From a virus (taxonomy: Duplodnaviria; Caudoviricetes), in IMG/VR virus record IMGVR_UViG_3300035501_001769, positions 8,158 to 72,157 of that record: 64,000 nucleotides of DNA. One strand, written 5' to 3'. Below, in pieces: positions 41,288 to 50,997 of the stretch. Every line of letters starts with the position of its first letter. The first letter of the stretch is position 1. Under the pieces are notes generated by a model, which saw only the letters and a program-made list of their open reading frames with translations, was not told the DNA's origin and did no database searches. Position numbers and translations under genes: made by a program.

Positions 41288-42396
41288 TATACTTGTGGAA
41301 TCGTATCTAATAATGCTCCAAGTGATGCTTCTGTTGCACTTTCCATAATGCCGTTAGCAATCTGACCATATTTGCTTTGCATCATCTTATCGTACCATGC
41401 TGTTTGATTGTTCGATGCAATGGTTTCGTTTACAAAGCTGATAGTGTCGCTGCTAACGATAACATCTTCATCAGGCTCAATCGCAACGCAAGTAAAGCTA
41501 TAAGGTTGAATGTTCTTATAGGTTGGCATTTCAAGGTCATACCCCTTAATGATTATGTTCTTCACATTCAGATTGCTAAACATAAAGTGGTCTACCTGAA
41601 TGATACCACTGTACTGCATTATCTGAATGAAACGAGCAACGGCTGAACTGGGGTAAACTCCGGCTTTACCACTATTGATTTCACCTTTTACAGTAAAGCT
41701 CAAATCGCCACCTGAAACAAGTTCTTTGCGTGAGTAATCACGACCTTGTACTTGTGTTTGAACGATGTTTTTATCGCTGTTTAATGATACGGTGGGAGCT
41801 AAGTCAACATGGAACATCGTGGTAAGCGACAACTTGGTTTCACAGCTTGTTGAAGCGGTTGTAGAAACGCCATCAGTTATGGTATATGTTGTATCTGTAC
41901 TGACTACTGTAAAAGTGTATGGGTCATCCACCTCGTAATGCAAGAACATCGCTTCATTAACTCGTCTACCTGCATAATCTTCGGCTATATAAGTGTACGT
42001 GCCTCCGGTAGCCATATTTAGCGCAAGTGAACCGCCATCAATACTTGCAACACCATCAGCAATCAAAGTTTTGCTTTTCTCAGCGGCAATACTTTGTCTG
42101 GCTTGAAGCTGTTTCAGCTGTCGAAGGTATTGCTGAGAACTAATGTAGTTACTAACCTTCTTCAATGCTTCATTGGTGAGTTTGCGCCTTTCAGTGAAGA
42201 TGATAGCTGAGTTGTATGCTCTTGGTGCTTTGTATTGTACACCACTTTGGTCCTTATTGAGATAGCCTCGCGCCAACCGCAAAAGCAAGGAACCTGCGCT
42301 TGCTTCTGCGGTGTATACGAGATTACTCCAAACCGAGCTTTTAGCGGCTGATTTAGCCGCATTAGAAGCTCCGCTTATGATTGATTTATAATTCAT
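41287..42396 (-). CDS. Tail tube initiator-like protein (DUF6046-type)
   Basis: KNIVQTQVQGRDYSRKELVSGGD; directly after the tape measure gene. Confidence 0.6.
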   Translation of the reverse strand: MNYKSIISGASNAAKSAAKSSVWSNLVYTAEASAGSLLLRLARGYLNKDQSGVQYKAPRAYNSAIIFTERRKLTNEALKKVSNYISSQQYLRQLKQLQARQSIAAEKSKTLIADGVASIDGGSLALNMATGGTYTYIAEDYAGRRVNEAMFLHYEVDDPYTFTVVSTDTTYTITDGVSTTASTSCETKLSLTTMFHVDLAPTVSLNSDKNIVQTQVQGRDYSRKELVSGGDLSFTVKGEINSGKAGVYPSSAVARFIQIMQYSGIIQVDHFMFSNLNVKNIIIKGYDLEMPTYKNIQPYSFTCVAIEPDEDVIVSSDTISFVNETIASNNQTAWYDKMMQSKYGQIANGIMESATEASLGALLDTIPQV

Positions 42397-42402
42397 TGTC
42401 TA

Positions 42403-45400
42403 TTAGCTGTGATGATTTGGATTAGCCAACTCCCATGCGTCTTGGAACATCTTATTTATGCACGTTCCAAGTCCTTCCTCGTCAAGCGGCTGGTTCATAT
42501 TAACTTCTTTTATCGTAACATTAATATCGAAGTTAGTATCTCTGGTTACTTCTGCAATAGCTGTTGTACCTAAGTTTGATAATCTATAAGCATCTTGTTG
42601 AATTGATGGTACCGCTTCTTTAGCCATTTTATAGGCAATCATATTTGCTGCCAAAGCGTCTTGGGGAGAACCTGAGATAGAGTCAGTAGGTGTAATATAC
42701 GCAAGCGGTGCGCCCTTACCGGCTACAGGTTTCGCCTTACCCTGTGCCGCTGACTTAGCTGCTGCATCATTGAAAGCTGCGAAATTGTATGGCTGGTGCG
42801 TGTAGTTTTTAAGAATAATGCTGTCATTCTCAGGATTTGACCAGTTGGGCATCAACGTCTTTCCATCAGCTGTGTACACGCTCATGATACCGCCTGTGTT
42901 TTGGTAAAGGTCCATATCTGAGTAATCACCATTGCCAAAAATCTTAGCCATTTGAGAAGCTGTATACTTGCTAAATCCCGGCAAATAAGGTTGTTTACCT
43001 TCTTTATCGTATGCCCAAGCATTTGCGCTACCCATGATGGCATAAGGTGTCGGAACCCAATATATACTGCGACCATTTTCGTCTTTGCCAGTCTTATTGT
43101 CTTTTGTACCCGGAGAAATACCACCTTCGCCAAGGGTAAGACCTTTTATACCTGTACCAATCCAGTTGCCACGATTAATCAACGGCAGCAACATTTGTTT
43201 GAGCGGTAGCATTGTGGTTGATGTGTACCAGTTCCATGCTTGGTCAAACATACCTGATAATACACTGGGGCTGTAGTCTTTACTGATTTTAGTGTACCAT
43301 TCAGTAGTGCCAAATGTACCATATTTCTTATTGAGAATAGGGAATACGGTAGCCATTGTGTTTTGCCAATCCGAAAGAGGCATCTGGAAGGCATCATCTT
43401 TGTATTTGTCGAGCAAATTAACGATAGCCATGTTGCCGTTAAACATACGATTGACAATCGGGGAAAGGGCGTTATGACCGGCGCGAGAGTGCATAATATC
43501 TGCCAAGCTCTGCAATTGGGCATCTTCGAGATCATCTACGTCAAATCTTTTATCCCAAGCGATTTTTTGAGCCATAGATTTATGCGCTTCGTTGATTTTG
43601 TTTCTTAGTTCATCAACCGTTTTAGCAGTTGTAAACGCTGAAGCAAGTTGGTCAGCATATTGAGTAACGTATGGATTATCTGTTTTCTTACCAACAGAAT
43701 ACTGAGCGGCATATATCAAATCTCTGGCACTTGCTGCACTTGGGTCTATAATTGTGCCATTGCCAAAGTCATATTTACCATTCACCAAAGGAATATCAGC
43801 AGCTTCGGCTATGTCTTTGATGCGGTCACTCATACTGTACCCATTCCAAAACTCAGTATTGGTCAAATCGCCATATTTTGCACCAAAAGCAGTGTCTTTT
43901 AGCGGAGTTTTATCATCAAGATTGTTTTCGTTGTGTTGGTCGTAAGCCTCTTTCCATAATCTGATATTCTCAGTTAATATCGTATTTTCATTGCGAATAT
44001 CACCATAACGAACACGCATTGTAGCTGAAAGAACGTCTTGGATATTTGAGAACTTAACAGATTCAAAATTAAAGTTGTTGATGGTTTTGGTCCATTCAGC
44101 AACGCCTTCTTGCAACCTTGCAGTATTGTCCTTCCATTGCTTAATTGAAGCCGCTAATAATGCCACTGCTGCCACTGCTACTGCTCCATAACCAATCACG
44201 CCCATCAAACCCGGTATACCACTTGCAGCTTGATATGCGACACCTGCTAAACCGGCACCACCGGCAGAACCAACAGCACTACCAATCATGCCACCGATAC
44301 CACTATCATCAGAAGTAAACGCACTACCGACTGTATCGCCTAACATATAACCTAATACACCACCAACGCCTGACATACCAACAGCACCTGCTGATTGCCA
44401 TCCGCTCATCCTCATGTGACGCTTCCACCAACCCGGATTATCTTTTGAGTTGCCAACATTAGAGCCGGGTTTTGTGTTGCCAAGACCTGAACCACCTGAT
44501 AAGATTGTTGTCGAACCAACGTTACCACGACTTAATACGCGATTTTCAAGTCGCTCACGTTCATCTTCAGTAAAGATAGGTAAAGCACCACCCGAAACGA
44601 GCTTCTTGCCTAATCCCCTAAAAGCTGTACCCTTCAAGCCTTCTCCGTGAATTGCGCCAATCATAGCTGCCATATTTCTCATCACAAAGCCTGAGCGGAA
44701 GATTGCAGCAACGCCATAAAACAATGACTTAACTGCTGTTAATGTTTTAACGAGGGGAAGCAACAATAATTGCAGTTTCATCCAGAACGTAATAAACGGC
44801 TTATATGTATCGTAGAAGTGATAGAACTTAACCGACACTTCACTGATAATGTCTATAAAGTGTTTAAAGTCTTGGAAAATCTCTGTGATTTTGTCCTTAG
44901 CTTCCGTAGTACCGAGCCATGCTGTTAAGTTTCTCAGCATATTTTTGATGGGGTCTTGAATACCCTTAAACGCTTCTACACCATCATCTGTTAATGTTGA
45001 TGTTAATTGCGCCCAAAGACCGGCAATCGTATTCTTCTTCTTCTCAGCTAACTCATCAACAAGACCATCTGACATGAAGTTAGTTTTAACCAACTCATTC
45101 CACTTGTCAACATTAGCAGCAAGAGCAACAGCACCCTGAGCAGCGGTTTTATTGAATAGCTTGAAGAATGAATCTACTTTAACATCAGGGTTCTTACTAA
45201 TATCCGCAAAGATGTCTGCAAGATTACGTAAATTACCGTTACTATCGGTTCGCTGAATACCAAGTCGTTGCCATTCAGCTTCCATACTCTTAGTAGGCTT
45301 CACCAAGTTACTGAGGATAGTGCGCATGATAGTACCTGCCTGAGAACCCTTCATACCTGCATCACCCAACAAACCAAGTCCGGCAGTAGCTTCTTCAAAC

Positions 45401-46902
45401 GAAATACCGCCAGCCTTCAAAAGAGAGCCTGCATACTTATATGATTCTGCAATCTCATTCAAAGTAACGTTGCTTCGGGTAAATGTGTTGGTCATGACAT
45501 CAGCTGTGTGCATCATCTGAGAAGATTTCATGCCGTAAGATGTCATGATGTTGGTTACAAGGTCGGCAGTTTCACCAAGGTCAGAGTCACCTACAAGAGC
45601 AATATCTGAAATGGGAACCATAGCGGTACTAATATCATCAACCGAAAGACCTGCCATAGCAAGGAATTTCGCTGCATCAGCTACTTCAGTAACCTTAAAC
45701 TTAGTTTGCACACCGATTTGCTTAACGACTTGTTGCATACGGCTGAAACGAGAATCAAAGTCGGCACGTTTATCGTGTGAACCTAAGATATTGCTAACCG
45801 TAGCCATAGTGTTATCGTAATCCGTAGCTGAGTTGACAATATCTCCAATGCCGCTCATCAAACCGGTAAGACCATAAGCAATACCCATACCTTTCAGCAT
45901 ATCAATTGCCATACCACCGGTGTTGGGTAGGGGAGTTGCACCCAACAGCTTATAGGATAGGTTACTGGGTGATGGTTGGAATTTCTTTACACCACTCGCA
46001 CCACTTTTACCGCCTAATGCCGTTGGAACAGGTCTACCTGTCTTAGCATCAGCTGCCACCCAACCTGAAGTAAGAACGCTTTCTCTAAATCGCAAGGCTT
46101 CTTGTGCCTTTTCAATTCTTTGCAATCTACTACTTGAAAGTGGGTTGTTCTTTTTTACTCTTTCTAAACGAGCTATGTTAGTTGAAATTTGGCTTGGTGT
46201 ACCATGCAACATCCCTAAAAAGCCTAATATGGATTCATTTTCACCAATAAGCCTTGTCAATCTTGCCGCTTTTTCAGGTGTTAATTTATTGGGGTTAACA
46301 CTGTTTAGTCGTGTTAAATTATGAGATGCGTGTATTACATCGCGCTGAACATCTCTTAAATTACTTAGACTGTTTTCCAATCTAAGCATTTTTTGAGCAG
46401 ACAAGGAGTTAACGCCCTTTACTCTCTGGTATCTGTCATAATTGGTTTTAACACGCTGTAACTCTGTAAGGCTCTTTGGGTCTTTTGGCATAAGTTGTGT
46501 TTTCTGCCATGTCTGACCTTCAGGCAATGCTATTGTTGGAGCGTTAGCACCTCGGTAATATAGTTTATTGCCATCGCGAATAAACCCATCTCTAAATGCG
46601 GCTCGCCTTGTCGAAGTACGTTTGGTAGCTGAAGTAGTAGCGGCTGTACCACCTTTTAAGACTGTGCTTAACCTCTCAGCTTTAATCAAAAGCGCATCAA
46701 GAGTAGAGTTTGCTTCAGAAGCATCAATAGTTACCTTCAAGCCAGTCAAGGCTTTACGCAACATCTCCGCTTGGCTGTTTATGTTTTCGAAAATGACAGC
46801 AATGTCCTGTAATTTCTGGGTAGCTGCGAGAAACTTGTCTACTTCAGCTACCGCATTGCCGGCATTGACATTAATTAAATAGTCTACTTGATATTGAGCC
46901 AT
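42403..46902 (-). CDS. Tape measure protein (TP901-type core)
   Basis: 1499 aa; TKFKVTEVADAAKFLAMAG, GDAGMKGSQAGT; follows the tail chaperone. Confidence 0.92.
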   Translation of the reverse strand: MAQYQVDYLINVNAGNAVAEVDKFLAATQKLQDIAVIFENINSQAEMLRKALTGLKVTIDASEANSTLDALLIKAERLSTVLKGGTAATTSATKRTSTRRAAFRDGFIRDGNKLYYRGANAPTIALPEGQTWQKTQLMPKDPKSLTELQRVKTNYDRYQRVKGVNSLSAQKMLRLENSLSNLRDVQRDVIHASHNLTRLNSVNPNKLTPEKAARLTRLIGENESILGFLGMLHGTPSQISTNIARLERVKKNNPLSSSRLQRIEKAQEALRFRESVLTSGWVAADAKTGRPVPTALGGKSGASGVKKFQPSPSNLSYKLLGATPLPNTGGMAIDMLKGMGIAYGLTGLMSGIGDIVNSATDYDNTMATVSNILGSHDKRADFDSRFSRMQQVVKQIGVQTKFKVTEVADAAKFLAMAGLSVDDISTAMVPISDIALVGDSDLGETADLVTNIMTSYGMKSSQMMHTADVMTNTFTRSNVTLNEIAESYKYAGSLLKAGGISFEEATAGLGLLGDAGMKGSQAGTIMRTILSNLVKPTKSMEAEWQRLGIQRTDSNGNLRNLADIFADISKNPDVKVDSFFKLFNKTAAQGAVALAANVDKWNELVKTNFMSDGLVDELAEKKKNTIAGLWAQLTSTLTDDGVEAFKGIQDPIKNMLRNLTAWLGTTEAKDKITEIFQDFKHFIDIISEVSVKFYHFYDTYKPFITFWMKLQLLLLPLVKTLTAVKSLFYGVAAIFRSGFVMRNMAAMIGAIHGEGLKGTAFRGLGKKLVSGGALPIFTEDERERLENRVLSRGNVGSTTILSGGSGLGNTKPGSNVGNSKDNPGWWKRHMRMSGWQSAGAVGMSGVGGVLGYMLGDTVGSAFTSDDSGIGGMIGSAVGSAGGAGLAGVAYQAASGIPGLMGVIGYGAVAVAAVALLAASIKQWKDNTARLQEGVAEWTKTINNFNFESVKFSNIQDVLSATMRVRYGDIRNENTILTENIRLWKEAYDQHNENNLDDKTPLKDTAFGAKYGDLTNTEFWNGYSMSDRIKDIAEAADIPLVNGKYDFGNGTIIDPSAASARDLIYAAQYSVGKKTDNPYVTQYADQLASAFTTAKTVDELRNKINEAHKSMAQKIAWDKRFDVDDLEDAQLQSLADIMHSRAGHNALSPIVNRMFNGNMAIVNLLDKYKDDAFQMPLSDWQNTMATVFPILNKKYGTFGTTEWYTKISKDYSPSVLSGMFDQAWNWYTSTTMLPLKQMLLPLINRGNWIGTGIKGLTLGEGGISPGTKDNKTGKDENGRSIYWVPTPYAIMGSANAWAYDKEGKQPYLPGFSKYTASQMAKIFGNGDYSDMDLYQNTGGIMSVYTADGKTLMPNWSNPENDSIILKNYTHQPYNFAAFNDAAAKSAAQGKAKPVAGKGAPLAYITPTDSISGSPQDALAANMIAYKMAKEAVPSIQQDAYRLSNLGTTAIAEVTRDTNFDINVTIKEVNMNQPLDEEGLGTCINKMFQDAWELANPNHHS

Positions 46903-46961
46903 TTATATTGAAATTAATTTATAAAGAATAGACAGATAGCGAGTGAAGTGATATGAAATTA

Positions 46962-46992
46962 AAAGGCTACCACCTTGTAAGTGATAGCCTTT
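46962..46992 (-). terminator. Hairpin after the chaperone extension
   Basis: AAAGGCTA...TAGCCTTT stem. Confidence 0.5.
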
Positions 46993-46994
46993 AT

Positions 46995-47252
46995 TTATGT
47001 TCTCCTTCTTTTTCCTTTAGATGCCGGCTTGGCTGCTGCACCACTCATAGCTCCACCGAGTAATCCCATCTGAGCTATTGATTGTTGATGAGCGTCTAAC
47101 CATGCCGCATCATTGGATATTTCAGCAAATTCTTCTTCGCTGAGAGAGTTTATGTCAGTCCCCGGAAAATAATACCTTATCAGTATTATTCTTTGACGGA
47201 GGTAATCATGCTCTTTTACTTCCGAGGACTTGATATGTTTACCAAGCGACCA
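46995..47252 (-). CDS. Tail assembly chaperone -1 frameshift extension (gpGT-like); no start codon of its own
   Basis: Open -1 frame: ...EVKEHDYLRQRIILIRYYFPGTDINSLSEEEFAEISNDAAWL...; overlaps the chaperone end at GGTAAAC. Confidence 0.75.
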   Translation of the reverse strand, partial: WSLGKHIKSSEVKEHDYLRQRIILIRYYFPGTDINSLSEEEFAEISNDAAWLDAHQQSIAQMGLLGGAMSGAAAKPASKGKRRRT

Positions 47253-47608
47253 TTACGCATTTCGATGATTTTGCTTAATTGACCCATCAAGCCAAAGAGG
47301 AACAATGAATCATCGTTGATAAGGTCTTTGTCACCGGCAAGGAAACAATCGTTTGCCAAAGCTCGCATAGCCGCAGGACCGTTGTTGCTGCTGGTGGCGA
47401 TATAACGAGAGAACGCGACAAAGCCGGGTTCTTTGAAGTATGCAATGTAAAGTTCTTTCTCATCACGGTCAGGCATACCTTCAACTACGATAGGGAATAC
47501 TTGACGGAGTTTAGAGTCACCGGCTTTAAGCTCTGCTACTTTTGCGGTGATTTCAGCTTGTACTTCTTCTGAAAGTGCAATGCTGTCATTGATTTCTGTA
47601 TCTTCCAT
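47216..47608 (-). CDS. Tail assembly chaperone (gpG-like)
   Basis: 130 aa between tube and tape measure genes; YFKEP..., CFLAGD. Confidence 0.8.
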   Translation of the reverse strand: MEDTEINDSIALSEEVQAEITAKVAELKAGDSKLRQVFPIVVEGMPDRDEKELYIAYFKEPGFVAFSRYIATSSNNGPAAMRALANDCFLAGDKDLINDDSLFLFGLMGQLSKIIEMRNGRLVNISSPRK

Positions 47609-47666
47609 AATTATGTTAGTTATTAAAGTGATTTATATTTGAATAGCACCATCTTCAGATAGGTGT

Positions 47667-47698
47667 AAAAAAAAGCGGATATTTTTTACATATCCGCT
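47667..47698 (-). terminator. Intrinsic terminator after the tail tube gene
   Basis: AGCGGATAT/ATATCCGCT stem followed on the minus strand by a T8 tract. Confidence 0.75.
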
Positions 47699-47725
47699 CG
47701 AAATAATCAACTTTATATCTAACAA

Positions 47726-48187
47726 TTAAACGGTAGCATGAGTGACTACGATGTCGAAGGGGTTAAGGTCAAATTCCATAGTGATTTGGGTATCGTCTTG
47801 TGATACTTCCAAACCTTCCTCGCTGAAGAAGCACTTTTTAAGGGTTACTGTTTCAGCAGTCAAGTCACCTTCGTTTGCCCATGAAATCGTAAGGTCAAAT
47901 TCGCCCAAATCTTCAAGGCTATCAAGTGTGCCGCGAAGCTGTACTTGGGTATTGTAATCCATTGTGATAGAAGCTGTATACTCGTAGTTGCCGAAGCCAC
48001 GGTTAACAGGTTTGCCGCCAAGACCGTAGTTAGTTGCTACATTACGCTTCTTATTCCATTTAATAGCTTGTACACCGCTAAGGATAGTGGGGTTGTCAGT
48101 AGCTGCTCCAGTCAAATCCAATGACTGAAGTGTAATCATAGACCATGAATAAGCTACGTTATTAATAGTTGTTGTAGTATCTGACAT
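47726..48187 (-). CDS. Tail tube protein
   Basis: INNVAYSWS, YGLGGKPVNRGFGNYE; follows the sheath gene. Confidence 0.85.
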   Translation of the reverse strand: MSDTTTTINNVAYSWSMITLQSLDLTGAATDNPTILSGVQAIKWNKKRNVATNYGLGGKPVNRGFGNYEYTASITMDYNTQVQLRGTLDSLEDLGEFDLTISWANEGDLTAETVTLKKCFFSEEGLEVSQDDTQITMEFDLNPFDIVVTHATV

Positions 48188-48195
48188 TTATTCAA

Positions 48196-49512
48196 TTATT
48201 TAGAAAGAGCCAACGCTTCGGTTACAACAATTTCGTTTGATGCACCCATAGGAATAATTGAGTATGAAGCCTCGATTATATCCGTTTGGAGAACATTTTG
48301 ATTTGCCGGTACATTTACAGTGCCAACGCCACTAAGCTCATCAGCATCAGCCATTGCGTTCAATGCGTCTGTAATAGCCAATGTGAAGTTAGAGATTACA
48401 GAAGTTGACAGTGTACCTTTGCTGGGATCTACCTTGATAGGTGAATTAACGTAAGGCAGTAAATTCAAGCGAACATTGCGGCGAGCTTTGTTAGCTGCGC
48501 GGTTACGAGCGATATTGCAGAAGTCACCGTCTGAGCAGGTATAATCGAATGAGAAGTAAACACCATCCAAACCATTCTTCTTGCAATAGAAGTTGTAACC
48601 CTTTTCAACCAAAGAGTCAAGCTCGCGTTTGCGGAGCGAATCGTATGAAGTCGGGTTAGTGATTACGCCTTCAGCTACGGTTGAATCGCCAAAACCAAAC
48701 TCAATGTCATCGACATAATCAGCAAGGTTGCATTGTTTAACCCAACCGATGCAATTACCAACAGCGGTAATAGCGATTTCACCAAGCACAACACCTACGT
48801 TACCTACAGGAGTGGTTGATGAAAGAGATGCTTGCATATCAGCTACTTCACCTGCATCATCTTGCTCTTGGCTAATGAATACACCAACAGAAGGAGCTTT
48901 TGCGTTTGTCAGGGTAGGGATTTTGCTGAGAACAACAGTGTTGTCAGTGCCGGTAGTGGTTTTTACTTTAGCAGTGTTAGCGTTCAGAACACATACGGTC
49001 GGAGCGTCGTATTCATCGAGCAATACATCCATAGCGTTTTGGATGTAATCAACCAATTGGAGAGAATAGTTAGCTGACTCGCTTACTTTTTTCCAAAGGC
49101 ATTGCTCAGTCCAAATACCAATGTTGCTAATAACGCCATTAGAAACACGTGACATTTGAGCGATTGCATCTTCCCAAGCGTCTTTATCTGAGCAGTCTGC
49201 GAACATCACGTACAAACGAGCTGTTGAGCTACTGCCAATTACTGAGAAGAATTTGCTGATATGGTAATAAGGAATACCATTCATGAAGCCGCGATTAGAG
49301 CTGCTCTCATAGGCTGTAATACCTAAACTTACTGCTTCTGAAGCTGAATCAAGCTCAACTACGGTGTTGTTAAGTGCTTCAGGTACCGACAAGCCTGTTT
49401 GAGAAGAAATGTCGAATAGTAGACCGCAGGTAAATTCAGGGTAAACAGTGGTGGCCTTAATACGGCCAATATTTCCGTCAAGTCTGGAAATATTTACGTT
49501 ACCAAAAGACAT
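48196..49512 (-). CDS. Contractile tail sheath protein (DUF2586-like)
   Basis: 438 aa; GVYFSFDYTC...IARNRAANKARR, NQNVLQTD; precedes the tube gene. Confidence 0.8.
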   Translation of the reverse strand: MSFGNVNISRLDGNIGRIKATTVYPEFTCGLLFDISSQTGLSVPEALNNTVVELDSASEAVSLGITAYESSSNRGFMNGIPYYHISKFFSVIGSSSTARLYVMFADCSDKDAWEDAIAQMSRVSNGVISNIGIWTEQCLWKKVSESANYSLQLVDYIQNAMDVLLDEYDAPTVCVLNANTAKVKTTTGTDNTVVLSKIPTLTNAKAPSVGVFISQEQDDAGEVADMQASLSSTTPVGNVGVVLGEIAITAVGNCIGWVKQCNLADYVDDIEFGFGDSTVAEGVITNPTSYDSLRKRELDSLVEKGYNFYCKKNGLDGVYFSFDYTCSDGDFCNIARNRAANKARRNVRLNLLPYVNSPIKVDPSKGTLSTSVISNFTLAITDALNAMADADELSGVGTVNVPANQNVLQTDIIEASYSIIPMGASNEIVVTEALALSK

Positions 49513-49520
49513 TGTGTTTA

Positions 49521-49808
49521 TTAATTTTTGTAAAACGGATTTTTATATAGAATAGCTTTACCCCTGATAGATTGTTGCGTATTAGGAGTATACACGTTTC
49601 CTGAAGGGGTTACGTAAAGTGTTTGATACTGAGGGAAGTGTTCAAGGATTTTGGCAACCTCAACAGGAATATCCTCGCTTTCAGCGGTTACTTCTGTTTT
49701 GGTTTCTTTAATCACTTCTTCAGTAGCTTCTTTGGTTGTTGTAGTTGCTTCTGTTTGCTCTACTGTTTGAGCTTCTTCAGTAGCTTCTTTGGTTTTGATA
49801 CGTGCCAT
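49521..49808 (-). CDS. Small head/neck-associated protein
   Basis: T/E-rich low-complexity N-terminus, C-terminal ILYKNPFYK. Confidence 0.6.
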   Translation of the reverse strand: MARIKTKEATEEAQTVEQTEATTTTKEATEEVIKETKTEVTAESEDIPVEVAKILEHFPQYQTLYVTPSGNVYTPNTQQSIRGKAILYKNPFYKN

Positions 49809-49833
49809 GTTTTATGTTGTTAGATATAAAAAG

Positions 49834-49868
49834 AAAGGAGTGGAGTTTCGTTTCTTCTCCACTCCTTT
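49834..49868 (-). terminator. Intrinsic terminator after the major capsid gene
   Basis: AAAGGAGTGGAG/CTCCACTCCTTT 12-bp stem plus T-rich tail on the minus strand. Confidence 0.8.
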
Positions 49869-49890
49869 GTGAATTATTTAGTTATGATAA

Positions 49891-50985
49891 TTAAGCTGCC
49901 GGAGCTTGGTATGCAGTCCAAACTACAATTTCACCCGGAAGTACGAGATTGACATCAATCTTCATACGCATTTGGAAGAAATAGAGTTCAGAGTTGTTTT
50001 GCAAGCGGTCTACGCGAACTGATTCTTGGTCAGTAGCATAGTCAACACCCATCCAGAGGCAAGAGTCTGCACCTGAAGTGAATTTGCCAAGGAAGATGGT
50101 GTGTTCGGGCATACCGTTGATTACAACGATGCGTTTGCCTTTGAACTTAGCTTTGTTAACCTCAGCATTTTCGGTGTACTTAACATCTTTGCTGGTAAGG
50201 TATTGTTCGTACATATCCCATGCTTCCCAACCCATAACGAATTTCAAAGCAGCAGATTTGCGAACATTCTTAGGACATTTTGCCCACATTGCATAAAGAG
50301 CTTTTTCTACAGCTGCACCGTCAGTAAGTTCGGTGTTACCTGCTACGAGAACAGCACCTGAAGCAACTTCGTTCTTTTCTGCCTCTGTACGTTTGTCCTC
50401 AGCAACGTTTTGAGCTGCAACGTTAGCCAATACACGAGCGATTGCGCCATCGAAATAGCTCATATCACCGGCTGCGCTTTCACCACCGATTTCAGTTGCA
50501 CCGGCAGGACCAGCAATTACTTTAGTGTCTACGCCACCCTTACGAGCTGACCAGATGCAATCGCCAATGTATTCATCTTTTTTGTCGATGAGAAGGTGGA
50601 GCATTTTAGCTTGTACGCGAGGGTCAAGTTCGCGGAACAAGAGAGAACCTTGCGGTTGAGCGAAACGCCAGTATTCCTCGTAGTCACGAGGGTTAAACTC
50701 AACGTACACCATGAAGTCTTGGGGTTCAAGGTAGCGTTCTGAATGAGTGAATGAGCCAACGCTGTTTGAGCTAATACCGTTGCCTTGGGGAGCTGCCGGA
50801 GTAGCTACGTTAGGTTGAATGATTTTGTTAAGGTTCAAGTGGGGGAGAACAAACTTCTTTTGAATACCCGGCTTGATATTGATAAGACCTTCGCGGAATG
50901 TGTCATTACCTTTCGCGGTATATACTAACAAGTCCTCAAGAACTTCACCGCTGTAAGAATTGCCTGCAAAATTAATAGTTGCCAT
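49891..50985 (-). CDS. Major capsid protein
   Basis: 364 aa after the protease; YSGEVLEDLL, FNPRDYE, YFFQMRMKIDVN Bacteroidota phage MCP pattern; strong terminator downstream. Confidence 0.85.
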   Translation of the reverse strand: MATINFAGNSYSGEVLEDLLVYTAKGNDTFREGLINIKPGIQKKFVLPHLNLNKIIQPNVATPAAPQGNGISSNSVGSFTHSERYLEPQDFMVYVEFNPRDYEEYWRFAQPQGSLLFRELDPRVQAKMLHLLIDKKDEYIGDCIWSARKGGVDTKVIAGPAGATEIGGESAAGDMSYFDGAIARVLANVAAQNVAEDKRTEAEKNEVASGAVLVAGNTELTDGAAVEKALYAMWAKCPKNVRKSAALKFVMGWEAWDMYEQYLTSKDVKYTENAEVNKAKFKGKRIVVINGMPEHTIFLGKFTSGADSCLWMGVDYATDQESVRVDRLQNNSELYFFQMRMKIDVNLVLPGEIVVWTAYQAPAA

Positions 50986-50997
50986 TGTGTGTTTCTG

